Shown piece after piece: positions 25,524 through 42,586 of a stretch of DNA of 64,000 bases (the stretch's first letter is position 1; the number at the start of each line of letters is the position of its first letter). The notes beneath the pieces are model-generated. The model was not told the origin of the DNA. It did no database searches and saw nothing but the letters and a program-made list of their open reading frames with translations. This DNA is from Bugula neritina (Eukaryota; Animalia; Bryozoa), in contig OZ037766.1 of NCBI GenBank assembly GCA_964035545.1, forward strand, positions 20,200,767 to 20,264,766, given 5' to 3'. The position numbers and the translations under genes were made by a program.

Positions 25524-27029
25524 TGTGTGACATAAAATGATATAGGCTATTTATATATGAAATTTGTATGAAATTTGTTTATGTAAGCCTATGTATAGTT
25601 AATCATTTTTGCTTGCACAATAAATGATATAATATTTCCACCCCATATTTAAAACAGACACGTCCTCGTGTCAATTCGTGCACAAATCAACAGTAAGATA
25701 AAAACAAGCCACATGAAAAAAAACAAATTGGAAAAAACTAACTGTACGGGACTTCTATGGCAGTCTCAACTAATAAAACACACAGATAGACTGAGAAACT
25801 GGAGCGGTGCACGAAAGCGACTGCACCTCCACCAAAATGTTGTGGTGGGTTTTACTGATTTTGAGTATTGTAAACTCACCGAATAATATATATAATATGG
25901 CCTTGGGGTGAGCTCGGGGTCGGTATGCAGTTGCGGGTTGATAGCTTGGCTGCGAGGTAACTCCAGCTCCTGTCCGTCTGGTAGGGGTGAAGTTGAGACT
26001 CCGGGTTAGAGTAGTTGGCTGGTGGTGCTCCTCGGTCTATGGTCCTGAGCTAGCACTCACAAACGTACTCTAACACATTCTAATTAAGTTGTATACATTC
26101 TATATAAATAATCTCAATTGTTCCTCAATCAGTCTCAAGTCTCCCCCATTCTCCCATTTTCACTAGGTTATATAGCTATCACACTCACACAAGCCACACC
26201 CACACTATAAGTAATATTAATGTCAAACTTAGAGTTGTGCACCCCACACACATGCAACAGCAAGAGATGACAACTACACATATACTTATAAATCCAGATA
26301 TAACACATTCACTTAAAGTTAATTCAGTTAATTTAACATTGGCCATGGCATATTGATATAGTGATATACCGTCATATACGCCTACGGTATACCAATATCA
26401 GTATGAGTATGACTATCAGTATTACTACCACTATGACTATCAGTATCACTGTAACTGTAGGCCTAAATCAGTAAATGTTTCACCGATACTCGGTCTCATG
26501 CTTTGACTATCATAGTGATACTGATAGTATCAGTATCACTATGAGTATGACACGCATATCACTATCAGTAGCTCAATCTCAATCTGTATGAGATTGAGTA
26601 TCCTTATGGCTATAATTATCACTCTCATCATGCAATATAAATTATTATATAATATAACTTTTTGAAAATAATAAGTTCAAATGATCTTAATAATCATAAT
26701 GGTAAGGATAGTTATTATGATGTAACACTTTGACTTACACATCAACATGACCATTTTGATACACCTATATTGATTAACATGAGCATGTTGCATTTGATAA
26801 AAAAAGCTTCTTTAAGTTTATCATTACTATTATGACAAGTGTCACTTAATCATAAGATTGAGCTAATGTTTTTACTATAGCTATATGTATAACTATAGGA
26901 TTACTTATATTTTTCTTCATGTCCATTACTACTAAACTCTGTATTATAATTACCATTAGTAAATCATGAAATTAAAGTAGTATGGTAATTGATATAATGT
27001 TGTACTTTTGTGCACTACTGATTTGGGTA

Positions 27030-27440
27030 TTATTGTGCGCTGGTATTTACTGCATCTCTACTTGCGAGGTTATAGAAGTAACCAAGCTAGTTGAATGTTC
27101 GATGAATAACTGTATTATAATTAATTACATACAATGAAAACAATCACAAATACAATGAGAAAAACAGCATAAGTATAAAGCGTAGAGCGTTACATGTAGT
27201 CAACTAGTTATCCACTACTACTGTCCAAAACTGCTGTGGGCGCCAGAAGGTATTGCTTGTATATACAGAGTAGATCCGGATTGGATGACACAGGGTTCCG
27301 GCAGTGTCATCCGTAGTTACTAATAGGGCACCGCATAGACATGCAGCAAGGGTTTGCGGAGTTGTCGTCCTTGATGTTAGTTTCACCATAATCTATAGAG
27401 TCATGTTTAGCAGGGGGTACTGGAGGGTATACTTCCCCTA
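27030..27440. repeat. Dispersed repeat with an inverted homolog at ~34730-35050
   Basis: AGCAGGGGGTACTGGAGGGTATACTTCCC matches the reverse complement of GGGAAGTATATCTTCCAGTACCCCTGCT, with further shared blocks. Confidence 0.6.
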
Positions 27441-27950
27441 ACCATTACAATAAATCATAATTGTAATTATTTTGATTATCATTTTGAATATTAATAATCA
27501 TAATACTAATAATTTTGTAATATTAGAATTAATTTCAATTGTAAATAAGATTAAGCATTTTAATTGTATCAGTATACATAATATTACCTTCGTGTCATTA
27601 TGTTTAATAGCAATAGGCTCAACAGGGATGCTCAGTGTTTTCTATCAAAATGTGGCAATGAAAATTTGTATTAGTTTTATTTTTGTTCTTTGCTACATAA
27701 AGCAGGTTAATATTCACCTAACTGAGTGTTTGTCTATTTTGATAAACTCCTACTGACGATTGTAATTTTATTATGTAAAAGTTAGATTTTATGGTTTTAA
27801 AAGTTGTGTTAGAGAAAAGTGTAACATTTATTCCTGTGTATAGCTAGTAATGTAGTATTCGAGGTACCTTCTGGATTACTTAATAGACCACAACCTCTCT
27901 TTTAGGGGTACAGTACACTGCTGCTATTGAAATTTTGCAGACGCTAAATA

Positions 27951-31614
<3,664 letters not shown>

Positions 31615-32648
31615 TAAGTTATTGCTAGTAATAATGTGTTTCTGTCTGATTGGTTACATGTTTGATGGGATATGTGTTGCTACAAATATTGCCCTAATAT
31701 TTTGATTATTTTACTATACGCATGTTTTCTATGTTTGTGAAGGTCATTTTAAACTCTTTTAAAGATGATTTATTCAGCTTATCAATATTCTGTTGTAAGG
31801 TTGGGAATGAACTGGTGGAATTTGCCAAACTTCTAGAACTAATTTATAATTTAAAAAATATTCAATTTGAAATTATCTTTTTATAAATAATAGAAAAATT
31901 TGCACATGCTGTATCTTTCAGAGTTTATTCAAGTCATTGATCAGTAAATTAGTATCTCTTATTCCTTGAAGTCAATAATGCTAGGAGACAAAGAATTTTA
32001 AGCTGCTAATGTTGTGTGCCATATATGATTAATTTTTTGGTTTTTATATTAAGTTTCATTGGAAATAAAAATGTGTTTGTTGCAGCAAATATGAGGAGTT
32101 ATTTCTCGGTGTTGATTATCATTTAGGTGAAAGTCTTGGTTGTTTTAAGAGATGCATTTAATTTTTAATCAACAATGTTTTGTGGAAAGAAATAGAGACC
32201 AGAATAAAAGTGTGACTTTTGACTGAGTAATAACATATAGGTTAAAAAGTCATAAATTTAGGAATTTTATCATTTGTCAAAGTGGGGAAACAAGTGAGCA
32301 TATAATGACATACCAGCTAACAGGAAAAATTTGCTATAAACACACAAGTAAAAAATTTTATACTTGCCCTTAGAGTTTGGACTATATACAATTAACTTAA
32401 ACTTATATATTATAGTATATGTAGAATATGCATATGTTTGTATGTGAGTTGACTGAGGAGCAAGCAATATATGAAATGTAAAAATAACATCCCAAAAGTA
32501 TTTTAAGTACAATTAACATTATAATGTGATGAAATGAAGTTTAGGTATTTGAAGCAGTTTAAGTAGTACGTAGTTTTGCCTGCATGTAAATTGTAGATGT
32601 TAATTCTGATTTCTTGTTTCTGCTAGATTTGCACAGCTTGACATAGTT

Positions 32649-32987
32649 CAGGGCTGTCCAACAGGCGGCCCCAGGGTCGGATGTGGCCCCACCCTACATT
32701 TATGTGGCCTCCAAAGTCATAAAGCTAAAATTATTTTTTACAGTAAACATGAATTAGAGTGAAAACCGCCTGTTAAATGTCTTATTTATACACATGCTAC
32801 AAAACATGCAGCCTGCAGTAACTATCGTCGACTTCATTGTGTAATGATTCATAAGAATTTGGAATGAAATAATTTGAAAAATACCGACACCGTGGCCCCT
32901 CAGCTGAAGTTAAGGCTTACAACGTGGCACTCGTCGTGAAATTTTCCCTTTCAGTGGCCCTTGCTCTGAAAAGGTTGAACACTCCTG
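32649..32987. mobile_element. hAT/Charlie-like MITE
   Basis: TIRs CAGGGCTGTCCAAC / GTTGAACACTCCTG, subterminal GGCCC motifs, 8-bp TSD ACATAGTT/GTATAGTT. Confidence 0.8.
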
Positions 32988-35387
32988 GTATAGTTTCTGT
33001 ATTGCACAGCTGTTGAACTGTCTAGATGTTGGTTTATAACTGGTGCCGTGGTTTATGAGCTTCCAAGTGATGAAAGATAGAAAAATCATTAGGTAGGTCA
33101 GTTCGTTGTTGTGATGTAAAAACACACTGAAAATTTTATGTGCTCTATATATACTATCCTCGTGTGAGAAAATCGATTCTGTAAATGTTGAACTGGGTGA
33201 AAAGTTGTAATTATTTATATAAATTGTACTGCCTACAGTTACATAAATCTTTTAAATTTGATTGATCTTCTTTCTCACTTTTTTCACCTTTCGAATAGCA
33301 AACAAAGACTGCAGGACATTTAAACATTTATTCATAGAATAAAAATTAACTGTTGACCAGTAACTTTTGCATACCTCACTTGATTAAAAAGAATGTTACA
33401 CAGATTTTTGGAGTTACCTTCCTCGAGCAGGAAAGTTAGAGGTCTGTTGCCATATTAGTTGAAGCTTGTAATTCAATTAAAGCTAGACTTTATAATGCGA
33501 TAAAACAAAGTGAATTTGTAAAAGTGAAGAATCTTAATTTACTATTGCTTAAATTAATTTCACATTTTGCAGCTGTTGTGTTTTTAGTAAGCTGTCAATA
33601 ATAATAAAAGTGGCTCTATTATGTCAAAAACATTCCAAGCTTGCAGCTGGGAAAACTTTACTATGTAATTATTGCTGCTATCTCAAATGATTTTAGAATT
33701 ATCTCACAACATAATTTCAATTGGTATGTTATTTATATTAATTTAAACTTGATAGTTTAAGTATATAAGAAAATATCTTTTTGCTATATAAAAGACCTTG
33801 AATGCATACATATTCAAGTTACTAATAACTGTAGTTCTTATTTCAGTGACACATATATGTTGTGTAATAATAAAAAAATTATATACAAGTAAAACATGTA
33901 ATTTTCATTATAGTATAATAATCAAATACTATAAATTCAAATGAACGTAAGTGAAAAACTAGTAGTTCAATATTTGAGAATACTGTACACTTTTTACTGC
34001 AAAACAAGATTTAACAGCCTTCAGCCATTTTTTATTTGCTCCAACTTTGGAGCAACAATTTTTATTTTGTCTATGGGATATATAGCTTTAGGGTCACTGT
34101 CCCTACTATTCCTAATTTTCCTTCTGATGCTACAAAGTACATTGTAAAGTACAGATTTGAAAGTTGTCTTCCTTTCACTGATTGAAGAGACAACTTCATC
34201 AACATTTTCTTCTTTGATATCTTCCAATGTTATGCAATGGTCTATCACTTTTTTCAAACATACATACTCCATCATCTAATCCATCTCTACCAATAGCACT
34301 CTTCACTTTTTTAATAAAGACTTCCATTTCCATAACTTCATCAAGATTTCTAAAAACATGCTTTTTAGATTGTCATATTGGCAATGCATGTATAATTCAT
34401 GTTCATAACCCATATAAACTGCACCACAAAAGTATGCTATAATCACTAAACAGAGATTGCAGAAAATTAGAAAACAAGTATATTTTGGAATTGTATTCCC
34501 TGCTTCATGTTTTGTACTGTGATGTGCAATGCATTGTGTCACTCATCATGTATTGCACTACGTACCAACTGATAACTTTTCAAATAATATTTTTAACATT
34601 GATCTTTGTAATGAAGTTAAAAGTTTCAGTCTATAACTAATTTCTAGATAATATGTCTAATTCTATAAATCAGTGTCATTATTGTTATCTAGTAATTATA
34701 TTATATAATCACGGGTGACTGCATGGTGTAGTGGAGCTGTGGGAAGTATATCTTCCAGTACCCCTGCTTAAGTACTTGTACTATATTATGAAGCACAAAA
34801 GTTCCAAGAGACTACAACTCCGTAGCGATGCAGTTGGACAATAGCTATCAACCAGATAGGCTCACCTTGTGTAATCATTTTCTTATTGTATTCTTTTGGC
34901 TTGTTTCTTATGACTTTGATTATGTGTAATTAGAATTTCAATACAGTTTTCTCTTTAAACATCAACTAGTTCGGTTCCTCACATAACCTCACAGTGATAT
35001 GTAATAATTATTCAAGCACACAATGATACCCTCCATAGTAGTACATAAAACTACAGCAATATTATTAGGCTATTGATTTTGACTTTCTACTTAAAGTCTT
35101 ATTAATACCTTAAAAAGTTGCAAATAAACTTACTCAGTAAAAGTGTAGATTGGAGAGACAATTTCATTCACATCAGTAGTCAGAGATGTATTATTAGCAG
35201 ATCAGTAAATGTATTCCAGAATCCATTTGAGTAATAACACATATCAAGAGAGAGGTAGTTGAACCAAGCAGCTTGCGTCGCCAAGATACAGATATAAAGT
35301 GAGCTTTTACTTATTTTGATTGCTGAACTGTTTGCAAGACGCAACGTATCATTTAAATTTGGTTAGTGTCGACATTATGCTATATAT

Positions 35388-35431
<44 letters not shown>

Positions 35432-36074
35432 TTTCATTTTACTTATTTTAGTACACATCGGAAATCTCCAGTTTTCAGCTATTTTTCACAAATTAGCTGC
35501 CAATGAACATGGGTTTTTGCCCAAAACTAGTAAAATATGAATGAACACACCTTATTAATCAAGGTTCTTCTTAATTTTGCTTAATTTCCCATGTTTTTTT
35601 TTCTAATTATTCAGCAACTTTTGATTGCAGAGTGTTATGAAAAAACCATAACTCTCCAAAATGAGTGAGCTGTTAATTTGTTGGAATTTTATCATCAGGA
35701 ATCTATATTTCAAAGCAATAAAATGAAAAGGTATGTCTATAGTTTGATCGACTTATAGTTTATACTCGATTTTAATTATTATAAAAAAAGTTCTGACTGA
35801 ATTATGACTATACCCATCAAAAATAATACTCACTGCAAAAATAAGTTATAACATTGTGCACTAGATTCGTTTTGAGCCAACACAAAGCTACTAAGTTAAC
35901 AGACAATGCTCTTTTATAGATGCACTTTCTTGCACAAACTTTGATTTAGGGAAGCATCAGCAAAACTTAATTTTTAAATTCGAATAAAATAAAAACTTAT
36001 AAAATACATCTTGGATGGGAATAAATAAATAAAGATAGGTAAAAGCAAAATGTATTATGATGAAAATCCTGCAG

Positions 36075-39000
36075 CTAAGAGTGGATGGCTTCATCTAGAC
36101 AACCCACTTTGTAGGCTTCACTAGGTTGTTCAATATTGTCTATTCTCTCTCTAACTGAATAGTTATTGTCTATATTATCAACATGAAGGACTCCCATGTT
36201 ACTAGACTGCTGAGCAAAACAATCCACACTGCCTGTGACTGACACGTCTGTAGAAGGCTCAACCCTATCTAATTCTGAGTTATTACTTTCTTCAAACCCC
36301 GAGGAGCAAGAACTACTGTCAATGGAAGTTGGTTGCATTGGAGGGGCATGATTTGGGAGATCTCCAAACTGTTTAATGCCTGTTTGATTGTCATCTGTTT
36401 TTGTAACTGGAGCAACATTATTTTTCCGTAAACGCCAACAAACTACGATTAGAATTACCACTGAAACCACCAGAAATATGGCAAGAATAATAACAGCCCA
36501 TGTTAACAAAGTAGCCTTATTTCCATTTTCAGTATCATTTCCCTCATGTTGAGGTAGCTTTTCAAAGTTGACAGGAATACTCCTGATGGCATTTGCTGCA
36601 GGGTAATTATTGTAGGCAGTAACTTCACAAGAAGCGAAGCCGTCTACTTCATCGCTAGGAATAAGGTATCCACCTGCAGAAAGGAAGCTGTCTTAGCAAA
36701 AAATACAACAGGAGCTTACTCAAAGAAACAGCAGTTGGATTGTTTACACAGAAAAGATAAACTTTAACGAAGCTAGGTTGGTCAATACTGGCATTGTCTA
36801 CTGCAGTGAGAAATTTTTCAGAAAGCAATGAAATATTATATAAATATGTGGTGCAGGCTTTACTATGACTAGGTGAAGACCAAGATTTACCAGAAAGCTT
36901 TTCAACATGGCTGACCCTTTGACCATCACACAACAAATCCTTGAACTTGATGGGTAGAGGAAATTCCTGTAGAATCTTTACCTCAAGAAAGACAGTACTA
37001 TTTATAAAAGGGATCCAATGAAGACTCATGTCTATGGTTCCAGGATCTACAAAGAGTAGCAGATAGTAGCATAAAGAAGTACGATACATATTGGTAGTAT
37101 ATCGTTGCATACATGTAATACACACATACATACATTTAATACATACATACATGTAATACATACATACATATAATACATACATACATGTAATACATACATA
37201 CATACATGTAATACATACATACATACATGTAATACATACATACATACATGTAATACATACATACATGTAATACATACATACATGTAATACATACATACAT
37301 ACATACATGTAATACATACATACATACATGTAATACATACATACATACACGTAATAGGCTACATACATGTAATACATACATACATGTAATACATACATAC
37401 ATACATGTAATACATACATACATACATGTAATACATACATACATACACGTAATAGGCTACATACATACATACATACATGTAATACATACATACATATAAT
37501 ACATACATACATACATGTAATACATACATACATACATGTAATACATACATATATACATGTAATACATACATACATACATGTAATACATACATACATACTT
37601 ACAAGTAGTTAAAACGATATCTAGAAAGCAGATATTCTGACTCATGGATTTTATCTTCAAATGATCAACGACAGAGTTTTGTTGAGAGGGGGTATTGGTA
37701 GCTGGGTTTGATATATTGTAGAAGGTATACTCGAGCACACAGGGTAGCCCTGCTTCACAGTGTACTGTATCAAACACATGTTCATTCAGTATACGGGATA
37801 TCGGATCTCCATTAGTATATTGTGCATCCTTAGATACCAAAGAGAAGCTTTGTGTGCCTTCTCTCTACAAAATTTACTAAAATTAATAACCTATCAGTCC
37901 GAAATGCCCTTTAGAATCTTGAGATTTTTAAGATCCCAAGTTTGGCATATTTATTTCAACACAACACCTAGCAGCTGCCTTTTGTATTTATATTTACAGC
38001 AGTAAGTACTACAAACAGTAAGCTCATGTAGTCAAACTCCATCAACATTCAAAACAAGGTAATCTTTAGACCAAGCATCAATAGCATTTTCAATGCTAAC
38101 TAAAAACCTACTCCAGAAATTTGTAATTGAATTTCTGAAAAAAACAGCTTTCACACATTTTTGTGCAATGTTATTTTGTCCTGAAGTACACGAAAGTAAA
38201 TTGCATCTAATATTTTGCTGTCAAAAACCTCTAATTTTACTCAGCTGAAGAATTAAAGTTTCAAGTTCAAATTCAATTAAAATGTCGAACTAAATTCAAA
38301 TGAGCCCACAGTCAACATTGCTAATTGAGAGCTCTTATGCATTTCCTTGATGTTGGTAATGGTTATATTTTTCTCAATCCTAATTATTTATCAGTGTGAT
38401 TATTTCACTGATGTAAAAATAAATAAATATACATTAATAATAATTATATTAGTAATTATATCAATAATAATAATAAATTATTATAATTTGTTTATCATTA
38501 TTATTATTATTATTAATGGTAATGATGAATATTTAATTTCATTAGAAGGGTAAATAAAGCAAATCTTTGTAGTCTGCAATATTTTAAAAGTTATTTGAAG
38601 TATTAGAAATACAGTTTAGGAAACATAGTGAATGAGTTCAGTTTACACTTCAAGAATATGGCTAAAAGTGTGGTGATGGGGTGCTGAGAGATCTCTGACA
38701 GAGCAAGAACTTCCTACCAGTAAAGTATTTGATGCATATACACCAGTCAAGGTGGGACAAGCTTGTTGATAACTCTACCATTTTGGTAGTGTATAGAACT
38801 CTATGAGCTCTGATAACTTGCGCTTTGCTTAGCTTGATTGGTTATAGATTAACGACATAGTGTGACTGCATATAGACATAGCCACAAACATTTAGATATA
38901 GTATTATAATGGAGAACAAAGGATGACTCAAGGAAAGAGTACTTTATAGTTCTAGACAACAGAGATACCAACCAATATTGGAAGTTCAAATTTCAGAACG

Positions 39001-39810
39001 AGACCATATGAGTTCATGTCCTTATGGTAGACATCAGAGTATATGAATTTAATACTTGCATACTGGTCAGTAACAAGCCTCGTTCCGTTAACTGATACTT
39101 TACAAGTTGAGAACTTCTTTGTCTCATGGGAAGAGTCTACAGAATATTAAAAAATTACCACCTATTAGCAATTACTAAAGTTTATTGTAAAAATTACAGA
39201 CACAATTTTAACAAAATTAGCAAGAGTTTCTCTGCAATATGCACGAAACTTTACGGTAGTAGAAATAATGATTGACTAAATCAAAACCCATATAATTTAC
39301 ATATTAGACTTTACAATTTATATTATTACTTTACCAAGTAGGTAAAAGAACTTTATATTTATACCAATAGAAATAATGTGCAATTTAAGCTGTCAAAATA
39401 AATTTAGTGAGCCTTCAGTTGCTAAGTAAACAAGCTCATTTATTTAAGAGGATATATGGTTAAAATGTCATAACAAAAACTAATTCCTGCTTGATTAAAA
39501 TTGCACGAAGTATATTGCTATAAACACTGTGGTAGATCTACTAGACTTTCTAGTGATCACACTCAGGGGGATATAATAGGCAGCAATACATCTTCTCATC
39601 AATTGCGTTGTGAATATTGCAATATTGCCTCAGACAAAATGGCGGAATACTGATAATTTGAGCGCAAAGTAATGGCTGCAACTTTACCTAGACTAAGTGT
39701 TGTTACAGCACATTTAAATATCAGATAAAGGTTTGACTTTTACCTTGAATTCTGAGGGCAGCAACAGTGTATAAAATAGCCAAAGTGATGACAGTGTTCA
39801 AAGTCCACAT
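36075..39810 (-). CDS. Type I membrane protein with Ig-like ectodomain, paralog A; exons 39810-39744, 39136-38973, 37864-37603, 37046-36891, 36673-36075
   Basis: Signal-peptide exon MWTLNTVITLAILYTVAA; phase-consistent GT-AG splicing (1,0,1,1); Cys-containing beta-rich ectodomain; TM segment LLTWAVIILAIFLVVSVVILIVVCW followed by RLRK; Ser-rich tail; exon-by-exon similarity to paralog B. Confidence 0.82.
37107..37596. repeat. Compound (TACA)n-TGTAA microsatellite in intron 3 of paralog A
   Basis: Directly visible; it produces the spurious MYVC-repeat ORFs. Confidence 0.95.
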
Positions 39811-42157
39811 AGCGTCATATTTTCTAAACAAAATAATAATACAAGTACTGTTGCTGGTTCCTAACTTCACTCAGTTTACAAGCAGAAAAAGTTTTAGTCT
39901 GGATAAAATTCTACACTCAATCAAGCTTCTTGAATAATCTAATAGCTACCAGCACATAAGCTTACAGAACTAGATTTGTGAGAGTTTAACAGCCAGGTAT
40001 TACTGATATTAATTAACTAAATAAAGTAAGTTGGCAGCACCTATTAGCAAGTTCAATTAATTAGAAGGAGCAATGTGCTAACTTTTAATAAGTCATAAAA
40101 TAGTTCGACTATAATAAACTTTACATAAATAATTGGTGCATTTGTAACTAATTTTATATTAATTTTATCTAAGCATGTACTTGAAAGTCCAAAGTATGTA
40201 TAAAGCATAAATTTAATGTTTTATTTCAACTAGTAACTTAGAACTTTTAGTTTCAAAACAGGAAAATATCAGTATTTAATTTTAATCAATAGAGCTTAGC
40301 AACTGTAAAAGAATATGCTTCTGTGACTAGTTCAATGTCTAAGCAAACAACATCTTAATAGTGCCTTGCAGCTTCATCATGCTGATGTGTTTCAATTATA
40401 AAACTCAATGCCTAAAAAATAGCTTGGGCAAAGCATAAACTCAAAAGCCAGCCAAAAGAATAACCCAGATCTAGATGGAACAAATTTATTGGTGGACACT
40501 CAGGAGTCACTGTCACAGGTGGTACACCCTGACACATCTAATCAGTAAACTACAATAGTAATCGCAACTACTCATATCAGTATCATTAACTCATAAAAAA
40601 ACTCAGAAAAAATGTATATTACATTTTGGTATTATGTAACATTCATATTATCTTTGTGCATAGTGTTTAGACTTTAGAGCACGCAACACAAACATTCATT
40701 GTGGTTATTTACAAAGTTAAATACTAATAGTTGTGTTTATAGGCATATTAAATAAAAAGGCATTTTAGAATTCTGAAAAGAGCAATGCTCAATAGAAACT
40801 CAAATTCTTTAATTTTCTTACTAAAAGGTCATAGCACCAGTGTTTTATAGACAAAAATAGAATATACAGGTGTATTTTAATTTAGTAGTTTTAAATCAAT
40901 GTTCATTCTATCTAAATTTAATTAAGAAGCTGGAAAAAGAGGAAGTAATTACAGGAAGAAAAAAGATGGTAATTGCAAGTTACTGTCTTCTTAAATAATA
41001 ATGAGTCATGGTGAAATAATAAGAAAAAACAGAAGTACAAGACCTACTTACAGTTACTTTCAGTCTTAATAATGTTTATACACTAATACTTGGAAATATG
41101 ATTCAAGGGATTAGTAAATTACTATTAGTATAAGAAAATAATTTACTGCTCACAATAAATATAATACTAATAGTAATAGTATTATCAAAGTGTTAATTAA
41201 CAGGCAACCTGTCTTCTCTCTCATAACAAAGAGGTTCATGTTGACATCAGCTTGGTTTCATTGACAAACCCACAAATATCACACTAATACAGTATTAGTA
41301 TTACTAATAGTAATAGTAATACTAATAGTGATACTAATACTATTACTATTAGTGTTAGTAATACTAATAGTACTACTACTAGTACTAGTATTAGTACTAG
41401 TAGTATTAATACTTAATAGTAAATGTAATAGTCTAACTTATAACTTATAACTTTAACTAATACTATAGTAATAGTAATACTATTACTATAACTATAACTA
41501 TAAGCCAAAAGATAACTATTACTATTACATTACTATTAGTATTAGTATTACTATTAGTATTACTATTACATTTACTATTAATATTACTATACTAGTAATA
41601 GTATTAGTATTAGTATTAGTATTACTATTACATTAGTATTATTAGTATTAGTATTAGTATAAGTATTACTATACAGTATACTAGTAATAGTATTACTATT
41701 ACTGAGTACTAGTATTAGTATACTATACTAGTATTACTATTAGTATTAGTTATACTGTATTGGTATTACTATTACAATTAGTATTAGTATTAGTTACTAT
41801 CAGTTAGTGTTACACATCAAAACTAAAAGTCGAAGATTAACTTTAAGAAAATCAAAATGAAAATGTAGCCGTGCAGGTAAATAACAACACTAACTCACAT
41901 AATTATTTTACACTACCCTTTTGACTATCATAGTCAGATTAGAGCAATTATGGAATTATCTAATCAATTAGCCTTAGGCACGTTTGATAATCACACCATC
42001 TAACCCACTGAACTCAAAATATCTTTTCCAGTTCAGTGTTCTAACTTCTAACCCGCGTTAACGTTGTTGTAGTTTTTGTTCCTGCTAGTGCTACTCAGTC
42101 ACATGAGTGTCGGTGTCCCTAGAATCAGAGGAATCGGTATGAGACAGTCTCGACCCG

Positions 42158-42527
42158 AGTGCTTTAGAAATCTGAAATATATACTAGGTGATGAGTAGAT
42201 GCTACAAAATTGTCTTTAAAAAAGGTACGAACCCAATGAACTCAATTCTAATAACTATTAACTATTCCAGCTCAGTGGTACGAACCCGTCTTATTTCGAT
42301 ATCTTAGAGTTATCTTCTTTATGTAAAGCAGCTACTATAAAAAGTGCTTTAGAAATCTGAAATATATACTAGGTGATGAGTAGATGCTACAAAATTGTCT
42401 TTAAAAAAGGTACGAACCCAATGAACTCAATTCTAATAACTATTAACTATTCCAGCTCAGTGGTACGAACCCGTCTTATTTCGATATCTTAGAGTTATCT
42501 TCTTTATGTAAAGCAGCTACTATAAAA
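42158..42527. repeat. 185-bp tandem duplication, exact by eye
   Basis: Copies start at 42158 and 42343 (AGTGCTTTAGAAATCTG...). Confidence 0.92.
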
Positions 42528-42586
42528 ATGTTAAAGGGCAGATAGTTTCAGTTAAGTGGATAGGGGACCACTTTATGTTTAACCTT

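Larger units (their letters stand above)
20260..26305 (-). mobile_element. Young non-autonomous (gag-only) LTR retrotransposon
   Basis: 468-bp LTRs at 20260-20727 and 25838-26305, identical by eye, TG...CA ends. TSD CATT on both sides. Minus-strand PBS TGGTGGAGGTGC (tRNA-Ala-like) next to the right LTR. Short purine-rich stretch before the left LTR. No RT or integrase ORF. Confidence 0.93.

Noticed and set aside
36655-37596. Long MYVC/ITCM-repeat ORFs on the minus strand
   Set aside because: They translate a stop-free microsatellite inside an intron; only 37046-36891 is a real exon.
38645-38870. Possible extra exon of paralog A
   Set aside because: All frames from the best acceptor hit stops, and exons 2 and 3 already join in phase and match paralog B.
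42185-42215. GTGATGA-GTAG-ATG-CTAC-AAAA resembling a hammerhead core or snoRNA C box
   Set aside because: Core positions are wrong (no CUGA, no GAAA), stems I and III are missing, and there is no convincing D box or terminal stem.
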